In this document: in pieces, positions 29,316-39,004 of the stretch
Numbering within the stretch: position 1 is the stretch's first letter
Layout of the letters: each line of letters begins with the position of its first letter
Source of the DNA: Candidatus Limnocylindria bacterium
GTDB taxonomy: Bacteria; Chloroflexota; Limnocylindria; QHBO01
NCBI GenBank assembly: GCA_036556695.1
Contig: DATBIY010000077.1
Location: 2,661 to 66,660 of the forward strand
Reading direction: 5' to 3'
DNA length: 64,000 nucleotides
Notes under the pieces: generated by a model
Seen by the model: the letters and a program-made list of their open reading frames with translations, nothing else
The model's database searches: none
What the model was told of the DNA's origin: nothing
Made by a program: the position numbers and the translations under genes

Positions 29316-31406
29316 TTGAGCGCTCCCCATTCTGCTCCTCCGGTCGAGGAGTCGGCCTGGGACACGGCGGTCTCGACGGTCGGTCGCGACCACTTTCGCC
29401 CTGACATCGAGGGGCTGCGCGCGGTCGCCATCCTGGCAGTGCTGGCGTACCACGCCCGCATCCCGATCCTTGGTGGCGGCTTCGTGGGGGTCGATGTCTT
29501 CTTCGTCATCTCCGGCTTCCTGATCACCGGACTGCTGCTGCGCGAGCTGCGCAGCAGTGGCACCATCGACCTGGGCCAGTTCTACGGGCGACGCGCCCGG
29601 CGGCTGCTGCCCGCCGCGCTGGTGGTCATCGCCGTCACCTTGCTGGTGTCGCGCTTCCTGCTCACCCCGGTGCAGTTCTCCGAGGTGGCGGCCGACGGGG
29701 CGGCGGCCTCGCTCTACGTCTCGAACTACCGCTACGCGATCATCGCCACCGACTACTTCGCGGTCGACGTTGCGCCGTCGCCGCTGCTGCACTACTGGTC
29801 GCTTGGCGTCGAGGAGCAGTTCTACCTGTTCTGGCCGGTGCTCATCCTGCTCATCGGGCGGGCCTGGTCGCCGCGTCGCCTGTGGCCGGTGATCGCCGTG
29901 ATCTCGATCGCCTCGCTGGCCCTGTCGGTCGCCATCACCGGCTTCCAGGCGCCATGGGCCTTCTACTCGCTGCCGACGCGAGCCTGGCAGCTGGGCCTGG
30001 GTGCGCTGATCGCGCTCGGGGTGCTGGCCGTGCCTGCCCGCTGGCCGACCGTCGCGGCCACGGGCATCGGCGCGCTGGGCGGGCTGCTCATCGGCGCCGC
30101 GGTGGTGCTGATCGACGACTCGACGCCCTATCCGGGCGTCGCGGCCGTGCTGCCGGCCGCCGGCGCGGCCCTGCTGATCATGGCCGGCGAGCGCCCCGCG
30201 ACGCTCGGCGCGCGGCTGCTGGCCACCAGCGTTCCGCGCTGGTTCGGCCGCATCTCGTACTCGCTCTATCTTTGGCACTGGCCGATCCTGATCCTCGGCC
30301 CGCTGCTCATCGGTCGAGACGGGATCCGCACGCGAATCGCCCTGGCGATCCTGTCGGTCGGCGTGGCGGCGCTGAGCACCCACTTCATCGAGTCTCCCTT
30401 CCGGTCGCAGCTCGCAGCGCGCTTCGGCAACCTGCGGACGCTGGGCGTGTCGGGCGCGCTGTCGCTGTCGATCGCCGTCGTGGCACTGGCGGTATCGGGC
30501 CTGTTCGGCCCGTCCACCATCGGCCGGCCGCTGCCGACCATGCCCCCGTCCGGGCCGAACCGTCCGCCACTGCCGCAACCCGTGCTGACGGGGCCGGTGC
30601 CGGCGGACCTTCAGCCGTCGCTGCTCGAGGCGCACGACGACCGCGGGCCGCTGGGGCCGGACGACTGTCAGACCACCATCACCGAATCAGCGCTCCGCGA
30701 CTGCGTGTACGGCAACGAGGCGTCCGACACCACGGTCGTCGTCTTCGGCGATTCGCACGGCGCCATGTGGATGCCGGCGGTCCAGGCCATCGGCGAGGAG
30801 CGGGACTGGCGCATCGTCCCGCTTGTCAAGTTCGGCTGCCCGCCGGTGATGGTCACGGTCTGGCATCGCAGCCTGGAGCGGGCGCTGCCCGAATGCGACG
30901 CATGGCGCCAGCTGGCGCTGGACCGCATCGCCGAGCTCAAGCCGGAGATCGTCTTCGTCGTCACCTCGCGAAACCATGCGCTGGCCGATGAGAGCGGCAA
31001 CCTGCTGACGGGAGGCAAGGCGGCCCGCTGGCGGGCCGGGATGGTGGACATTCTGCGTGCGGTGCGGGAGCGCAGCGAGCGCACGATCCTCATCGGCGAC
31101 AATCCGCACCTGCTGCACGGCCAGCTGCCCTGCCTGGAGACCACCAGCCGCATCGAGGATTGCCTTGCCACCCGGGACGAGCTGTTCAACGAGCGGAATG
31201 CCGCGGTCGAGCGGGCGGCCGCGCAGGAGGCGGGGGCCGAGCTGGTGCCTACCGTGGACTGGATCTGTCCCGACGGCACGCCGGAAGGCACCTGCGCCCT
31301 GGTGATGGACCACTACCTGGTCTTCCGCGACCGCGGACACCTCACCGCCACGATCACGACCGTGCTCGCCCCGCAGCTGCGCTGGGCGATCGATCACCCG
31401 CAATGA
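29316..31406 (+). CDS. Acyltransferase-3 (OafA/OatA-type) membrane O-acyltransferase with C-terminal SGNH domain
   Basis: RPDIEGLRAVAILAVLAYHA...GVDVFFVISGFLIT Acyl_transf_3 signature, 10 TM segments, and a C-terminal extracytoplasmic SGNH-like domain (VVVFGDSHG). Start codon uncertain (TTG 29316 tentative). Confidence 0.6.
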   Translation: MSAPHSAPPVEESAWDTAVSTVGRDHFRPDIEGLRAVAILAVLAYHARIPILGGGFVGVDVFFVISGFLITGLLLRELRSSGTIDLGQFYGRRARRLLPAALVVIAVTLLVSRFLLTPVQFSEVAADGAAASLYVSNYRYAIIATDYFAVDVAPSPLLHYWSLGVEEQFYLFWPVLILLIGRAWSPRRLWPVIAVISIASLALSVAITGFQAPWAFYSLPTRAWQLGLGALIALGVLAVPARWPTVAATGIGALGGLLIGAAVVLIDDSTPYPGVAAVLPAAGAALLIMAGERPATLGARLLATSVPRWFGRISYSLYLWHWPILILGPLLIGRDGIRTRIALAILSVGVAALSTHFIESPFRSQLAARFGNLRTLGVSGALSLSIAVVALAVSGLFGPSTIGRPLPTMPPSGPNRPPLPQPVLTGPVPADLQPSLLEAHDDRGPLGPDDCQTTITESALRDCVYGNEASDTTVVVFGDSHGAMWMPAVQAIGEERDWRIVPLVKFGCPPVMVTVWHRSLERALPECDAWRQLALDRIAELKPEIVFVVTSRNHALADESGNLLTGGKAARWRAGMVDILRAVRERSERTILIGDNPHLLHGQLPCLETTSRIEDCLATRDELFNERNAAVERAAAQEAGAELVPTVDWICPDGTPEGTCALVMDHYLVFRDRGHLTATITTVLAPQLRWAIDHPQ

Positions 31407-32596
31407 GGCGCGCGCTGATCCTGGTCGAGGACCTGCCGGTGCCGTTCGACCGGCGGGTCTGGTCTGAGGCACGCACCCTGCGTGACGCTGGCTGGCGCGT
31501 GACCGTCGTCTGCCCGCGCGGCGAGGGGTCGCGGCGCTGGCACGAGCGCCTGGAGGGCATGGAGATCTTCCGCTATCCGCTGCCGACCACCGCCGCCGGG
31601 CTGCTCAACCACATCATCGAGTACGCGGTGGCCATTCCGGCGACGCTGCTGCTGTCGCTGCTCGCCTGGCGCGGGCGCCGCTTCGACGTGGTCCACGCCT
31701 GCAACCCGCCGGACTTCCTGTTCCCCATCGGCTGGCTGTTCCAGCGGCTGGGGTCGGCCTTCGTCTTCGACCAGCACGACCTGGCGCCGGAGGTGTACGT
31801 CGCCCAGGGAGGCAGACCGGGAGGTCTGGTGCATCGGTTCCTGCTGTGGTGCGAGCGTCGCACCTACCGCGCCGCGGACGTCGTCATCGCCACCAACGAG
31901 ACGTATCGGCGCTTCGCGATCGAGCGTGGGGGCGTGGATCCGCAGCGGGCGTTCATCGTGCGCTCCTCACCAGATCCGGCGCGCATCCACCAGGTGACGC
32001 CCGATCCCGGCCTCAAGGGCGGCCGGCCGCACCTGGTGGTCTACCTCGGCACCATGGGGCCGCAGGACGGCGTGGACAACTTCGTTCGCTCCGCTGCCGC
32101 GCTCCTGCGGGAGCGGCCCGGAAGCGCCCGGTTCGTGGCGGTTGGCGGCGGCAACCAGCTCGAAGCGCTGCGCGCGCTCGCCGCCGATGTCGGCCTTGGA
32201 ACCGATGACCTGGCCTTCACCGGTCGCATCCCCGATGCCGAGGTGCGCACCATCCTCTCCACCGCGGACGTGGCGGTCAGCCCGGATCCGGCCAATGGCT
32301 TCAACGAGTTCTGCACCATGAACAAGACGCTCGAGTACATGGCCTGCGGCGTGCCGGTGGTCGCCTTCGACCTCCAGGAGACGCGGGTCAGCGCCGCCGA
32401 CGCCGCCATCTACGCCACGCCGAACGACACCGATGACCTGGCGCGGCGAATCATCGAGCTGCTCGACGATCCGGTGCGGCGCGAGCAGATGGGTCGCGCC
32501 GGCCGGGAGCGGATGGCCGGCCCGCTGTCATGGGAGGTATCGGCCGCAAACCTGCGCGACGCCTACGCAGCCGCGGTCGCGTTCCGCAGAGCCTGA
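31403..32596 (+). CDS. GT4-family glycosyltransferase
   Basis: GT-B fold with C-terminal EX7E-like region (NEFCTMNKTLEYMACGVPVVAFD). ATG 31403 overlaps the upstream stop (ATGA). Confidence 0.75.
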   Translation: MRRALILVEDLPVPFDRRVWSEARTLRDAGWRVTVVCPRGEGSRRWHERLEGMEIFRYPLPTTAAGLLNHIIEYAVAIPATLLLSLLAWRGRRFDVVHACNPPDFLFPIGWLFQRLGSAFVFDQHDLAPEVYVAQGGRPGGLVHRFLLWCERRTYRAADVVIATNETYRRFAIERGGVDPQRAFIVRSSPDPARIHQVTPDPGLKGGRPHLVVYLGTMGPQDGVDNFVRSAAALLRERPGSARFVAVGGGNQLEALRALAADVGLGTDDLAFTGRIPDAEVRTILSTADVAVSPDPANGFNEFCTMNKTLEYMACGVPVVAFDLQETRVSAADAAIYATPNDTDDLARRIIELLDDPVRREQMGRAGRERMAGPLSWEVSAANLRDAYAAAVAFRRA

Positions 32597-32603
32597 TGCC
32601 GGG

Positions 32604-34535
32604 CTAGGGCCAGAAGCCGTCAGGCAGGCGGGCCACCAGCTCACGCGCGAAGAGCCGCGCCCCGTCCTCGGTGAAGTGCACCGGGTCCGAGCGCAGCGTC
32701 ACGCCGGCGACGCTGTCCGGGCAGGGGTTCGAGGGGCAGAGGATCGGGTCCGGATCCACCACCACGACGTCCTCCGGATGTTCCGCCGCCCACTTGCGGT
32801 ACTCGGCGCGCAGCGAGTTGATCGAGAGGATCGGCCTGGTGCACTCCTCGCTCCACGCCTCGTCGCCGGAGCACGCGGTTGGGTCGTCGCCGGCTCGGTG
32901 GAAGGGCAGGATCAGGACCACCTTCGCTCCCTTCGCGGTGAGGCGATCGAGAACCCCGTCCCAGTCGCCGAAGGCCGCGGCCTCCCACTCCGGGCTGGCT
33001 GGCGCGAGCACCACGCCGTCCTGACGGATCGGAAAGCGGTCGCGGTTGCTGATCCAGAAGATGACGCTCGGCTGGAACCTGTCCACCATGCCGGTCTGGC
33101 CGCGCTGGACAGCCTGCGGGCAGTCGTCGGCGTACGGGAACGGGACGCCGTTGCCGGCGACATGCTCCGCCACGCCGATCGGGCACCCGGGGAACGCCGC
33201 GGCTGCCAGCGTCTGCGAGTCGCGTGCGCCCCGCTCGGCCAGGCCCGGATAGAAGCTCATGGCGACGGAATCGCCAATGAGGCCGATGGCACCGCGGGCG
33301 TCGGGCACCACGTGCGTGATCAGCTGGCGGTTGCCCTCGACGAACTGCGGCGCGCGCAGGGCGCCGCGCGTTGCAAACACCGTCATGCCGGAGAGCACGA
33401 GCGCCACGCCGAGGGCGCCGGCCGCCACCTGCGGCACGCCCAGCCGCAGCGATCCCAGCCGGCCGTGGCGGATGGGGCGCTCCACCAGGAAGAAGCTCAG
33501 AGCCGAGATCCCCAGCGTCGCCGCGACGCGCACGACGGCCAACAGCGGCTCGGTGAGCGAGGTGTTCGCCGGCGTGACCCACAGGATCACCGGCCAGTGC
33601 CACAGGTACAGGCCGTACGAGATCATGCCGATCCACGGCAGCGGCTGGATCGACAGGCCGCGCCCCACCAGGTTTCGGCGATCGCCGGCGCTGGCTGCCA
33701 GGCTGGCGATCAGCGTGGCGGCGGCCACTGAGAAGGCGAGCGAGCCGCCGAAGTAGTACACCGCCGACGAGTCAGCCAGCAGCACGCCGAACAGGGCCAG
33801 CACCGCGATCGCCAGGCCCGCCGCCAGCGGAGCCACGCGTCGAACCAGCGCGGCGAATCCCGGAGAGCGATCCAGCATCCAGGCGGCCAGCGCCCCTACC
33901 AGCAGCTCGTGTGCGCGGGTGTGGGTCGCGTAGTATGCGGCCGATGGATCGGCCTCGCGCCAGGTGAGCGCCAGCGCGATGACCGACAGGCCGATCCCCA
34001 GCGCGAGGATGACCGGGATAACTTGTGCTCCCCACCGGCGCCAGGCGACGAGCCCCAGCCCCGAGGCGGTCAGCAGCGGCCACAACCCGTAGAACTGCTC
34101 CTCGATGGCCAGCGACCACAGGTGCAGCACAGGCGACGGCGAAGCGAACTCCTGGAAGTAGCTCTGCCCCTCGACGATGAAGCGCCAGTTGGCGACGTAG
34201 AAGAGCGACGACAGGATGTCGCCACGCAACCGGTCACGGTCGAACGGGGAGGACCACAGCGCCGCCACGGCGACCGCGGCGATCACCAGGAACAGGGCGG
34301 GCAGCAGCCGGCGGGCGCGCCGCAGCCAGAACTCGGACAGGGCGATCCGGCCGGTGGCCGCGTGCTCGCGCATGAGCAGCGTGCTGATCAGGAAGCCGGA
34401 CAGGACGAAGAACAGGTCCACCCCCAGGAAGCCGCCCGGCAGGAAGCCCAAGCCAAGGTGGTAGGCCATCACCCCGCCCACCGCCAGCGCGCGAACGCCA
34501 TCCAGCGCGGGAAGATATGCCAGCTTCGGGGCCAC
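32604..34535 (-). CDS. Acyltransferase-3 (OafA-type) membrane O-acyltransferase with C-terminal SGNH domain, second copy
   Basis: YLPALDGVRALAVGGVMAYHLG...GVDLFFVLSGFLIS signature, multiple TM segments, C-terminal SGNH-like domain (LIGDSVAMSF). Start GTG 34535 (M-APKLAYLPALDG) tentative. Confidence 0.6.
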   Translation of the reverse strand: MAPKLAYLPALDGVRALAVGGVMAYHLGLGFLPGGFLGVDLFFVLSGFLISTLLMREHAATGRIALSEFWLRRARRLLPALFLVIAAVAVAALWSSPFDRDRLRGDILSSLFYVANWRFIVEGQSYFQEFASPSPVLHLWSLAIEEQFYGLWPLLTASGLGLVAWRRWGAQVIPVILALGIGLSVIALALTWREADPSAAYYATHTRAHELLVGALAAWMLDRSPGFAALVRRVAPLAAGLAIAVLALFGVLLADSSAVYYFGGSLAFSVAAATLIASLAASAGDRRNLVGRGLSIQPLPWIGMISYGLYLWHWPVILWVTPANTSLTEPLLAVVRVAATLGISALSFFLVERPIRHGRLGSLRLGVPQVAAGALGVALVLSGMTVFATRGALRAPQFVEGNRQLITHVVPDARGAIGLIGDSVAMSFYPGLAERGARDSQTLAAAAFPGCPIGVAEHVAGNGVPFPYADDCPQAVQRGQTGMVDRFQPSVIFWISNRDRFPIRQDGVVLAPASPEWEAAAFGDWDGVLDRLTAKGAKVVLILPFHRAGDDPTACSGDEAWSEECTRPILSINSLRAEYRKWAAEHPEDVVVVDPDPILCPSNPCPDSVAGVTLRSDPVHFTEDGARLFARELVARLPDGFWP

Positions 34536-34570
34536 CGTCCGGTCGCCGCCGGCCGGCCCTGCCAGGCCGC

Positions 34571-34969
34571 TCACGCAGGTCGGGAGAAGATCTCGGCGCG
34601 AACCTCGGTGGTCGAGATGTTCGGCGTTCGGGGCAGGTACAGCACCTCGCACAGCTCGTTGAGGTGGTCGAACTTCCCCTCCCAGTCCTGTCCCATGACC
34701 AGCACGTCGGCGTGGAAGCGCTTGATGTAGTCGGCCTTCGCCTCGAGCGACTCCTCGGGGAACGTGAAGTCGACCACGCGCAGGCTGGACACGATCCTGA
34801 TCCGCTCCGCCTCGGGGTAGACCGGCGGCACTCCCTTCTTGGCGATGGTGAGCGCATCGGTCGACACGCCGACCACCAGGTAGTCGCACACCGCCTTGGC
34901 GCGCTCGAGGATGTTGATATGGCCGATGTGCAGCAGGTCGAACGTGCCGAAGGTGATGCCTACCCGCAT
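34571..34969 (-). CDS. tagD: Glycerol-3-phosphate cytidylyltransferase (CDP-glycerol synthase)
   Basis: GTFDLLHIGHINILERAK (HxGH nucleotidyltransferase motif) and RTPNISTTEVR; 132 aa from the internal ATG 34969. Confidence 0.8.
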   Translation of the reverse strand: MRVGITFGTFDLLHIGHINILERAKAVCDYLVVGVSTDALTIAKKGVPPVYPEAERIRIVSSLRVVDFTFPEESLEAKADYIKRFHADVLVMGQDWEGKFDHLNELCEVLYLPRTPNISTTEVRAEIFSRPA

Positions 34970-34973
34970 CGTC

Positions 34974-35954
34974 TCAGCTTCCCTCTCCGTGGTGAAACGC
35001 CCGCGCGATCTCGCGAGGCTCGTGCAGCGCCGCAAGGATAGTCTCGAAATAGCCGGACGAAATTCGGTGCCGTCGGAGGATTGACACGAACCCCTCCGCC
35101 GACCCCACGCCTTCGGCCAGCGCGCCGTCGGGATCCTCTTCCCGCGCCAGCCGCAGGCCGTGCTGGTAGTTGCGTGACTTCGGCGAGGAGCAGCTCAGGA
35201 AGAAGTCGGCCAGCGCTCCGGCCGATATGACGGTGCGCGGGTCGCCGCCCAGCTGCTGCGCCACCCCGCTCAGCTCCACGACGCCCTGCGCGATAAACGA
35301 GGCGCGGAAGTTCTCGCCCATGCCCAGCCCGTCCGCCAGCCCGGCGCCCAGCGCGATGATGTTCTTGCCCACGCCGGCTACCTCGAGGCCGCGCACGTCG
35401 GTCGTCAGCTCGAAGCGCAGCCGCTCGTTCTCGAGCTGGCCCGCGACGCGCCGACCGAGCTCCGGGTTGGCGCAGGCGAAGGTCAGGAAGACCGGGTGCC
35501 CGGCCAGCATCTCGTCGGCGAAGCTGGCGCCCGACATGACGGCGATGAACGACGACCCGGTGGAGGCGTAGATCACCTCGCTCGGAAAGCGGGCCGAGGT
35601 GGCGTCGATGCCCTTCACGCACGACACGAAGGCGGTCGACTCGCTCGCGGCGCTCGCCCTGCCGCCGAGCACCTCGCCGATGGCGTGGCTGGGCAGGGTG
35701 ACGACCACAACGTCGTAAGCGTCCAGCGCAATCCCATCCGCCCGGGCGATGACGTGCTGCACCGGATGGTCGAACGTGCGCTGGCTGCGGTTGTAGACGC
35801 TGACGTCCACGTCGCCGCGTGTGGAGATGGCCGCGTGGAACGCCCTTCCGAAGGCGCCGTAGCCCAGGATCAGGAGTCGCGTCACGTCGCCGGTGTTCGA
35901 TCGCTGCGCCGGCTCGGCCGCAGGCTCGGCGGCCGGCGATGCCTGCACTGCCAT
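34974..35954 (-). CDS. gpsA: NAD(P)H-dependent glycerol-3-phosphate dehydrogenase (GpsA-like)
   Basis: N-terminal Rossmann LLILGYGAFGRAF, GpsA-like central region (VKGID...; AGVGKNIIALGAGLADGLGMGENF) and C-terminal SRNYQHGLRLA; immediately upstream of tagD. Confidence 0.65.
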   Translation of the reverse strand: MAVQASPAAEPAAEPAQRSNTGDVTRLLILGYGAFGRAFHAAISTRGDVDVSVYNRSQRTFDHPVQHVIARADGIALDAYDVVVVTLPSHAIGEVLGGRASAASESTAFVSCVKGIDATSARFPSEVIYASTGSSFIAVMSGASFADEMLAGHPVFLTFACANPELGRRVAGQLENERLRFELTTDVRGLEVAGVGKNIIALGAGLADGLGMGENFRASFIAQGVVELSGVAQQLGGDPRTVISAGALADFFLSCSSPKSRNYQHGLRLAREEDPDGALAEGVGSAEGFVSILRRHRISSGYFETILAALHEPREIARAFHHGEGS

Positions 35955-36005
35955 GGCATGCGAAGCCTACTACCCGTGCGCTGGGGGCCGGCGCATACTG
36001 CTCGG

Positions 36006-36539
36006 ATGGAGCGTCGGGGCCCGATCGAGGTGATCATCGAAATCCCGAGCGGATCGCGCAACAAGTACGAGTACGACCACGCCCGCCGTCGCTTCGTGCT
36101 CGACCGGATCCTCTACTCGAGCGTCCACTACCCGTGCGACTACGGCTTCGTGGAGGGCAGCCTGGCCGATGACGGCGACCCGCTCGACGTCCTGGTGGTG
36201 ATCAGCGAGCCCACGTTCTCCGGCTGCATCGTTCGCGCCCGCCCGGTCGGTGTGCTCGACATGACCGACGACAAGGGCCACGACTACAAGGTGCTGGCTG
36301 TCGCCCACGACGACCCGCGCTGGGACGCGACCGCCAGCCTGGAGGACCTGTCGCCGCATCGGCTGCGCGAGATCGAGAACTTCTTCGACATCTACAAGGA
36401 GCTGGAGGGGCGGCCCGTCGAGGTGGCGGGCTGGCTGGGTGTCGACGATGCGTGGCGCATCATCGACGCGGCCATGGAGAACGGTCGCCGCGGCGTCGAC
36501 AGCGAGGGCGAGGCGGCGAACCCAGGGACCTGGCGCTAG
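36006..36539 (+). CDS. ppa: Inorganic pyrophosphatase (family I)
   Basis: IEIPSGSRNKYEYD, DGDPLDVLV and HYPCDYGF motifs; 177 aa from ATG 36006. Confidence 0.85.
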   Translation: MERRGPIEVIIEIPSGSRNKYEYDHARRRFVLDRILYSSVHYPCDYGFVEGSLADDGDPLDVLVVISEPTFSGCIVRARPVGVLDMTDDKGHDYKVLAVAHDDPRWDATASLEDLSPHRLREIENFFDIYKELEGRPVEVAGWLGVDDAWRIIDAAMENGRRGVDSEGEAANPGTWR

Positions 36540-37459
36540 CCGGCGTCGTTGCTCGCGCCGCGCTGCCGGAGGAGCGTGCTCCACGCCTCGGCCATGGCCG
36601 CATGCCACGCCGACAGCCGGTATCGGTCCACGGTCCGCGCAATGGTGAACGGGTCGTAGTCAGGCACCGTGGCAAGGGCGCCGGCCCAATCCTCGTCGCC
36701 GACGAGCGTGCCGTTCAGCCCGCTGGTGATGATGTTCCGCAGCCCGCCCACGTCTCGCGCCACCACCCAGCGCCCGGAGGCGATCGCCTCGAGCGCCACG
36801 ATGCCGAATCCCTCGTGGTGCGACGGCACCATCACGATGTCGTGAGCGGCCATCTGGCGTGCCACCTCGGCGGGCGCCATGTCCCGAATGCCGGGACCGG
36901 CGAGGGTGGTGGCGTGGCGCTCGGCGACCTCGTGGCCCTTGCCGGGAGTCGTACCCCCGAGATATAGCACACGCCCCCGCGCGGCCTGCGGGCGCGGCGA
37001 CGGCCTGAACAGCGTGTCGTCGTAGCCGGGTGGGATGACGAGCGGCTCGCGCCCGATGCGGCGCAGGTAGCCCGCCGTGTCCTCCGAGTTGGTCACCAGC
37101 AGGTCGGCCCCGCGCACGACCTGGCGGACGAAGAACCGATAGCCGCGTCCCCAGCTGAAGTAGCTGCGCGCATCGGTGCCGTGGGCGTACACCACCAGCG
37201 GCAGACCTCGCAGGCGCGCCACCACCAGGCCCACCCACCCAGCGGCGTACAGGATGTGCGCCTCGACCCCATCGAACGGGCCAGGCGCTCGGAGGCCACG
37301 CCAGACGAAGTGGACCAGGCGCCACGGCCACCAGCGGTCCCGGGGGTCGGTGACGAGAGTGACGTTCGGCACGCCGCGGAAGCGGTTAGCGACGAAGATG
37401 CCGAAGTTCGGTCGATCCGGAGTCGGCCAGACGGAGGTCACAATCAGGAGGCGCGGCAT
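36536..37459 (-). CDS. GT4-family glycosyltransferase (short, 307 aa)
   Basis: MPRLLIVTSVWP... N-terminus and C-terminal PSHHEGFGIVALEAIASGRWVVARD (EX7E-like); internal ATG 37459 chosen. Confidence 0.65.
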   Translation of the reverse strand: MPRLLIVTSVWPTPDRPNFGIFVANRFRGVPNVTLVTDPRDRWWPWRLVHFVWRGLRAPGPFDGVEAHILYAAGWVGLVVARLRGLPLVVYAHGTDARSYFSWGRGYRFFVRQVVRGADLLVTNSEDTAGYLRRIGREPLVIPPGYDDTLFRPSPRPQAARGRVLYLGGTTPGKGHEVAERHATTLAGPGIRDMAPAEVARQMAAHDIVMVPSHHEGFGIVALEAIASGRWVVARDVGGLRNIITSGLNGTLVGDEDWAGALATVPDYDPFTIARTVDRYRLSAWHAAMAEAWSTLLRQRGASNDAG

Positions 37460-37498
37460 CGGCAGCAGTCTAGGCGGGGACCCTAGAATTCCGGCACT

Positions 37499-39004
37499 GT
37501 GAGCGACCGCGCGGCCACGCCGCTCCGTGGAGGCCTGCGTCGCCTGGTCACCGAGACAGCCGTCTACGGCCTCGGCGGCATCGCGAACCAGGCGCTCACC
37601 ATCGTTCTCGTCCCGGTCTACGCCCGGCAGCTGGGCGTCGAGAACTATGGCGTGCTCGCCGTGCTCAACACCGTGCTGGCGTTGACGACCATGGTCGTGG
37701 GCCTGGCGATGCCCCAGGGCTTCTTCCGCTGGTACCTCAAGGAGTCCGAGAACGAGCAGCAGCGGGCGCACGTCCTGGCGACGACGCTCTCGTTGCGGCT
37801 GGCTGCTTCGCTTGCCGGCCTAATCGCCTTCAGCCTGCTCGCGCCGCTGCTCGGCCTGGCGCTGTTCGGTGGGACCGGGGAGCTTCCCATCATCCTCCTG
37901 ATCGGGCCCATCACCTTCTTCGACACGCTCAACCTGATCCCGCTCTCGTTCCTGCGCGGCGAGCGCCGGCCAGTGCCGTACTCGGTCCTTGCGTTCACGC
38001 GGGCCGCGCTCGGCAGCGTGCTGATCATCGTCTTCGTCGTCGTGCTGGACATGGGCGTGATGGGCGTGCTGCTCGGCTCGGCCATCTCGGCACTCGTATC
38101 GGTCGTTTTCGGGCTGGGCATCATGGCCCGCGCGGACAGGCTGCGGCTGGGCTGGGATCGGTCGCATGCCGTCGCGCTGCTGCGCTTCACCCTGCCACTG
38201 GTGCCGGCCGCGCTCGCGGGGTGGACGCTCAGCCTGTCGGACCGCTTCGTGATCGGTGCGGTGGATGGCTACCGCGCCGTGGGCGTGTACGCCATCGGCT
38301 ACACCGTTGGGCTGGCGATGAACGCGCTGGTGGTCCAGCCGTTCACGCTGGCCTGGGGCGCCGCGTACTGGGAGTACGCGCGCGACGAGGCCCAGGCGCC
38401 GCGGACCATCGCGCGCACCATGACCCTGTTCGCCATTGTCGCCGGGATTCCGGCGCTCGGCCTGTCGCTGTTCGGGACGGATGCCATCCGCCTGCTGCTG
38501 ACGCCGGAGTTCGAGCCGGGGCGCTTCGTCGTTCCCTTCAGCGCCTTCGGCTACCTGGCCTATGGTCTCTACATGATCAGCGGGACCGGGCTGAACCTCG
38601 TCTCGCGGACGCGCTGGATTCCGTTAACCGTCGGTGCAGCCGCGCTCGCCAACCTGGTGATCAACCTGGTGACCATCCCGTTGTTCGGCTTCATGGCCGC
38701 AGCGTGGTCGACGCTCATCAGCTACGCGCTGCTGGCGATCCTCACCGGAGCCGCCTCGCAGCGCTACTACCCGGTGCCATGGGACTACCCGCGCGTGCTC
38801 GGCGCGGTCGGCCTGGGCCTGGCCCTGTCTGCCGCCGGCCTGCTGGGTCCCGATGCCCTGGCCTGGCGGATCCTGTGCTTCCTCGTATTCCCGGTGGTGC
38901 TGCTGGCGACCGGGATCGTCAGCCGGGTCGACGCCGTGCGCCTGGCCACGTGGGCGGGCAACCTGCCGGCGCGCCTGTCGGGCAGCTCCGAGCGCGTCCC
39001 CTAA
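37499..39004 (+). CDS. Wzx-like flippase (MOP superfamily polysaccharide biosynthesis protein), second copy
   Basis: 14 predicted TM segments in the Polysacc_synt/MATE-like arrangement; GTG start; 501 aa. Confidence 0.7.
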   Translation: MSDRAATPLRGGLRRLVTETAVYGLGGIANQALTIVLVPVYARQLGVENYGVLAVLNTVLALTTMVVGLAMPQGFFRWYLKESENEQQRAHVLATTLSLRLAASLAGLIAFSLLAPLLGLALFGGTGELPIILLIGPITFFDTLNLIPLSFLRGERRPVPYSVLAFTRAALGSVLIIVFVVVLDMGVMGVLLGSAISALVSVVFGLGIMARADRLRLGWDRSHAVALLRFTLPLVPAALAGWTLSLSDRFVIGAVDGYRAVGVYAIGYTVGLAMNALVVQPFTLAWGAAYWEYARDEAQAPRTIARTMTLFAIVAGIPALGLSLFGTDAIRLLLTPEFEPGRFVVPFSAFGYLAYGLYMISGTGLNLVSRTRWIPLTVGAAALANLVINLVTIPLFGFMAAAWSTLISYALLAILTGAASQRYYPVPWDYPRVLGAVGLGLALSAAGLLGPDALAWRILCFLVFPVVLLATGIVSRVDAVRLATWAGNLPARLSGSSERVP

